From Deltaproteobacteria bacterium (GTDB lineage Bacteria > Myxococcota > Kuafuiibacteriia > Kuafuiibacteriales > Kuafuiibacteriaceae), in the NCBI GenBank assembly GCA_040218735.1, contig JAVJQW010000070.1, forward strand, positions 425,370-489,369: DNA of 64,000 nt. Reading direction: 5' to 3'. A program made the position numbers and the translations under genes. The notes below the pieces were generated by a model. That model had not been told where the DNA came from. It ran no database searches and saw only the letters and a list, made by a program, of their open reading frames with translations. Position 1 is the stretch's first letter. Every line of letters begins with the position of its first letter. This document shows positions 60,011 to 64,000 of this stretch, one piece after another.

Positions 60011-61987
60011 TCAAGGCCTCGAAACGCCCAGATCCGCGTGGGGCTCCACCGCCGGCCGCTCGGTGACCGAAACCCGCGCAAAGACCGCCGTCCCGGTCTC
60101 GGAGAACACCAGGCGCCACGCCTGGTCCCGGCTGAGCTGCCGCGCCAGGCGCTGCGGGAGGCCCGCGTCGTAGGGCCACGCGCTCTCGCCGACGGAGAGC
60201 ACCACCCAGTCCGCCTTCTTCCACTCACCCAGCCGATACACGACCGGACGATCCGCGAGGTGCGGGAGGATCCGATTCTGCACCGCGACGCGCGCTTCGC
60301 GCCCCTCGGACGCGACCAGCGCCACCGCGTGGGCGTTCGCGGTCCGACGCGCCGGCTTCGAGAAGTAACCCTCGCGCCACCGGTAGTAGTTGGCGGGGTG
60401 CCGATAGCCGTACTGCGTCACGAGGATCGCGGCGGTCAGCACATACGCCGTCGCGACCGTCGACCCGCGGCCCGCCAGACGAACCCGGTCCAACGCGGCG
60501 TCGAACATCGGGACGATCCGCGGCCACGCCACCGCCGTCGCCCACCCCGCGTACAGACACAGCGGCGCGGCGTAGTGGTAGCCCATCTCCCACATCGTGC
60601 CCTTCGACGAGAGGAACCGCTCCGCGAACAACGGCAGCGCGGCGATCCCGATCTCGGGCGCGAGCAGCGCGAGCCACCCCACCCCGCCGAACGTCACCGC
60701 GTGGCTCGCGAGCTTCTCCGCCGGAACGAACAGCGCCAGGAACGCCTTCATCGGGTGCGTCACGATCCCGATCGCCGCGGCGAACACCGTGGGCCCGAAG
60801 TCGCCGAACGTCTCGTGCGGCTCGGGCGCGTTCGCGCGGGCGATCAGCGTCGGCATGAACACCCGGTTCACCAGCACGAACCACACCGCGCCGAAGACGA
60901 TCCACCCCGCACCGAACTTCGCGGGGCGCCACCGCCTCGACCTCGCGGCGCGCCACAACATCAACAGGCCGAGCGCGACCACGTAAGCGCCGAGTGACTC
61001 CTTGAAGGTCGCGAAGAGCACCAGGAACAACGTCGCGAGCCGGTAGCGCTCCGTCTCGATCGCCCACAGCCCGAACGCGAGGAACCCGATGCCCACGGTG
61101 ATCTCGTGGCTGTCGAAGAACGACGCCGACTGCAGCCCGAACGACAGCCCCGTCACGACGCCGATCACCACGGCGGACAGCGGCCTCGCACCGTGGTGGC
61201 GCGCGATCAGGTAGATCGCCGGCGCGGCGGCGCCGACGTTGATCGCCTGCACCGCGAGGACCATATATCCAGAAGAATCCATCCAAACGATCGGCGCGTA
61301 GAGATAGATGCCGAGCATGAAGTGGTCGCCCAGGAAGTCGACGTCGCCGAGGACCGTGGACGTCGTGTCGAGGAAGTGCGCGGCTCGGTAGAAGTTGTGG
61401 ACCATGCAGCCGTGATCCCAGCTCCCGCTCCCGAACGCCCAGTGCCGGTGCATGGAGAAGATCGCGTGGACGACCGCGACGAGCAGCCACAGCACCCACC
61501 AGGTGTGGCGGGAGCTTCGACCGTTCGTGGCGTCGACGTCGGCCTGCGCGCCGACCGCCACGCCGACGACGAGCGCCACCGCGACGATCGCGCCGTGGTG
61601 CCCGATGTGCGAAGCGAACGCGGTGAGCGCGGAGAACAGCAGCAGCCCGACGCAGGCCGCAGCGGCGCGCGGGCTCCGCAGACCGCGGTGTCTCGCGCCC
61701 GCCATGAGCACCAGGACGCCGAGGGTCACGAGCCAGGGGATCGCGACGTCCTTCAGCTTCAGCGTGTCGAGCGCGGCGACCGCACCGTAGGCGGCGAGCG
61801 ACGCGCGACGCGGCAGCATCGACGCCGCGAGCACCCCGAGGAAGCCGAGCGCGACGAGCCCGACGGAGGCGCCGAACAACTGCTCGATCCACCGCGGACG
61901 CGCGGCGTCATCCGGCTCGCCGGACGGTGCGTCGACGGAGGACATCGGCCCAGTGGGACGTGTTGCGTCGCGCGAGGTTTGGGTCAA
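60011..61987 (-). CDS. DUF2079-type polytopic membrane protein (GT-C glycosyltransferase-like)
   Basis: Many TM helices, 'WD.G', 'FLGDHF', 'FD.HE', 'KE', 'YHY.APL'. Confidence 0.8.
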   Translation of the reverse strand: MTQTSRDATRPTGPMSSVDAPSGEPDDAARPRWIEQLFGASVGLVALGFLGVLAASMLPRRASLAAYGAVAALDTLKLKDVAIPWLVTLGVLVLMAGARHRGLRSPRAAAACVGLLLFSALTAFASHIGHHGAIVAVALVVGVAVGAQADVDATNGRSSRHTWWVLWLLVAVVHAIFSMHRHWAFGSGSWDHGCMVHNFYRAAHFLDTTSTVLGDVDFLGDHFMLGIYLYAPIVWMDSSGYMVLAVQAINVGAAAPAIYLIARHHGARPLSAVVIGVVTGLSFGLQSASFFDSHEITVGIGFLAFGLWAIETERYRLATLFLVLFATFKESLGAYVVALGLLMLWRAARSRRWRPAKFGAGWIVFGAVWFVLVNRVFMPTLIARANAPEPHETFGDFGPTVFAAAIGIVTHPMKAFLALFVPAEKLASHAVTFGGVGWLALLAPEIGIAALPLFAERFLSSKGTMWEMGYHYAAPLCLYAGWATAVAWPRIVPMFDAALDRVRLAGRGSTVATAYVLTAAILVTQYGYRHPANYYRWREGYFSKPARRTANAHAVALVASEGREARVAVQNRILPHLADRPVVYRLGEWKKADWVVLSVGESAWPYDAGLPQRLARQLSRDQAWRLVFSETGTAVFARVSVTERPAVEPHADLGVSRP

Positions 61988-61997
61988 GGCCTCGCGC

Positions 61998-64000
61998 CTA
62001 TTCGAGCATGCGCCGGATCGTCGAGGCGTCGGAGGCGTTCGGCTTCAGGCGCAGGTACTCGAGGTAGTACTTCTTCGCGAGCTGCGGGTTCCGCAGGCGA
62101 CGGTAGAGGGTCCCGAGCTCGCGGTGACACTCGGCGAGCCGGGCGTCGTACTTGAGGCAGGAGCGGAGCTTGGCGCGCGCCGGTTTCGTCTTGCCGGCGA
62201 CGAGGTCACGTGTGCCGGCGTCGAGCAGCTCGCGCGCCTTCGCGCGGCGCTGGCGCTTCGACATTCGACGGCGGCGACGCCGCGGCGGCGCGCTGTCCTC
62301 TTCGACGGTGTCGTCGTCGGTCGAGTCGTCGACCTCGTCCTGGGGCGGGGGCGCGACGGGCGGCCCCGCGGAGGGCGTAGGCGCGTTGTCCGGCACCACG
62401 AGGATCGGGAGCTTGCGCGCCTTCGGCGTGGGCATCCGGACCTCGATCGATCCGTGCGTGGGGACCCAGCGCTCCTCGCTCATCCCGGACGCGTCGTCGA
62501 CGCGCATGTGCACGAACGCGGTCTGCGCACGGGCGAGCGTGGGCACGCGGCCGATCGGATCGCCGTTCATGTACGCCGCGGTGCCGGCGGGCTCGGTCAG
62601 CCGCACCGCGACCGTCTGCGGGACGGGCTCGAGCGCGACCTGCTGCGTCGCCCCGCCGCCGATCTCGGGGCACCGCACGACGCGCGCACCTCGCACGCGC
62701 TGCCCCTCGGCGGCGCGAACGACGCCGGCGCCCGGCACGGTGACCTGGTCGGTGGCGCCCGCGTCGAAGCCGATCCCCTCGAGGCGCGCGCCGTCGGTGG
62801 CGCGGAGGGTGACCTCGCAGGGCTGCGCCTTCAACGGCGTCAGCTCCGCGACGATCTTGCCGCGCCGGACGAGGTCGATCTCGAGCGGCTCGTGACCGGG
62901 CGCCGCGAGGATGATCGGGGAGCGCGTCGCGTTCGGGACCAGGAACGACAGGGGTGTCTTCCCGAGCACGCGCCCGTCGGCCGCGGCGATCACCGTCGCG
63001 GCGGAGGGCCGCGAGTCGAGGTGGAACGCGTTCATCGAGTGCGCGACCGTGAACTCACCCGTTTCGTCGTCGCCGCCGGAGCGCGCGATGAGCGCGAACA
63101 GGCCGAAGATCACGAGCACCGCGACGACGCCGGAGACGACCTTCTTCCAGTTGAACCCGCTGATCGCGTCGACGATCTCGGGCTCGACCTCCTCATCGAT
63201 CTCCAACGGCGTCGGCGAGGGCGAAGGCGAAGGCGCGCGCGGCTTGGTGTTCTGGACCGGGAGCTCCCACTCGATCCCGGGGAACGTCGCGTGCGAACGG
63301 TGATGCGCGCCGCGCGTGGAGACGACCTCGCTCCACGGGCTCTCCCCCGCCGGCAACACCGGCTGCCGCCACGACGCCGCGAGCGCGTCGATCGCGGCCT
63401 CGTCCTCGTCGGCGGGCGCCGTCGGGCGCGGGTCGAACGGATCGATGGGCGCCGGCCCCACCAGCGTCGGCCCGCTCTGCGGGCTGTCGCGGAGCGTGGC
63501 GGGCTCCTCGTCGGCGGGCGACGTGGTGGTCTGGAGCGTGGCCGCCGCGAAGTCGGGATCGGCCGCGAGCGCGGCGGCCGCGGCCGCCGCGTCCTCGGGG
63601 TCGGCGTCGGGCGGCGCGGCGCGATCGGGAGGGCTCGCGTCGGGCACCGACGCCTCGGGCCCGGAGACGGGCGCGAGGGACGCGGAGGCGTCGGACGCCG
63701 ACGGGGATTCGGGATCGGACGCGGATTCGGAGGCGGACGCGGATTCGGCGACCGACTCGGGATCGGACGCGGACGCCGGATCGGATGCGGACGCCGGACC
63801 GGATGCGGACGCCGGACCGGATGCGGACGCCGGACCGGATGCGGACGCCGGACCGGATGCGGATGCCGGATCGGATGCGGACGCCGGATCGGATGCGGAC
63901 GCCGGATCGGATGCGGACGCCGGATCGGATGCGGACGCCGGATCGGATGCGGACGCCGGATCGGATGCGGACGCCGGATCGGATGCGGACGCCGGATCGG
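61998..64000 (-). CDS. Membrane protein with low-complexity linker, PEGA-like domains and C-terminal TPR (5' end outside the window)
   Basis: The frame continues upstream through the DPASAS repeat. TM '[18 protein letters not shown]', PEGA 'SRP.AA.V....LGKTP', TPR 'CHRELG.LY...A...Y..YL.L.P.A.DA'. Confidence 0.8.
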   Translation of the reverse strand, partial: DPASASDPASASDPASASDPASASDPASASDPASASDPASASDPASASGPASASGPASASGPASASGPASASDPASASDPESVAESASASESASDPESPSASDASASLAPVSGPEASVPDASPPDRAAPPDADPEDAAAAAAALAADPDFAAATLQTTTSPADEEPATLRDSPQSGPTLVGPAPIDPFDPRPTAPADEDEAAIDALAASWRQPVLPAGESPWSEVVSTRGAHHRSHATFPGIEWELPVQNTKPRAPSPSPSPTPLEIDEEVEPEIVDAISGFNWKKVVSGVVAVLVIFGLFALIARSGGDDETGEFTVAHSMNAFHLDSRPSAATVIAAADGRVLGKTPLSFLVPNATRSPIILAAPGHEPLEIDLVRRGKIVAELTPLKAQPCEVTLRATDGARLEGIGFDAGATDQVTVPGAGVVRAAEGQRVRGARVVRCPEIGGGATQQVALEPVPQTVAVRLTEPAGTAAYMNGDPIGRVPTLARAQTAFVHMRVDDASGMSEERWVPTHGSIEVRMPTPKARKLPILVVPDNAPTPSAGPPVAPPPQDEVDDSTDDDTVEEDSAPPRRRRRRMSKRQRRAKARELLDAGTRDLVAGKTKPARAKLRSCLKYDARLAECHRELGTLYRRLRNPQLAKKYYLEYLRLKPNASDASTIRRMLE
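63761..64000 (-). repeat. 18-bp coding tandem repeat, about 13 copies, encoding (D/G)PASAS
   Basis: Plus strand (gga(t/c)cggatgcggacgcc)n continuing to the window edge, with degenerate copies from about 63700. Confidence 0.95.

Noticed and set aside
63700-64000. 18-bp repeat as a CRISPR array or non-coding satellite
   Set aside because: There are no spacers, the unit is a multiple of 3, and it reads as in-frame (D/G)PASAS within a CDS.

Overview
A GC-rich (about 70% by eye) 64-kb chromosomal window whose gene content points to Myxococcota/Deltaproteobacteria: eukaryote-like Ser/Thr kinases, FHA-domain signalling proteins, cdnL, many lipoproteins and PASASD-type repeats. The backbone is housekeeping (cysS, carD/cdnL, manC plus a phosphomannomutase, tamB/tamA, adenosine kinase, mtnP, rlmN, ndk, lepA/lepB, serA, nuoABC). 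Main points of interest: (1) a visibly lower-GC three-gene operon at 39.4-44.1 kb encoding a small winged-helix/hydrophobic protein, a TIR-NDT-like-TIR-CHAT caspase-family protease, and an NDT-like/TRAF-binding (DUF4071) TPR protein, which is a candidate uncharacterised anti-phage or cell-death system; (2) a single-repeat homologue of the diatom cadmium (zeta-class) carbonic anhydrase; (3) a four-cysteine zinc-ribbon-like insertion beside the KMSKS motif of CysRS; (4) a kinase / degenerate cyclase / OmpA-FecR-barrel operon; (5) a sigma54 promoter with palindromes driving a heme-motif lipoprotein next to an FHA enhancer-binding protein; (6) a NADAR gene with a candidate NrtR operator followed by a PD-(D/E)XK-Myb protein. 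I found no rRNA, tRNA, CRISPR array, transposase or integrase. All family calls come from motif recognition by eye, not database searches.
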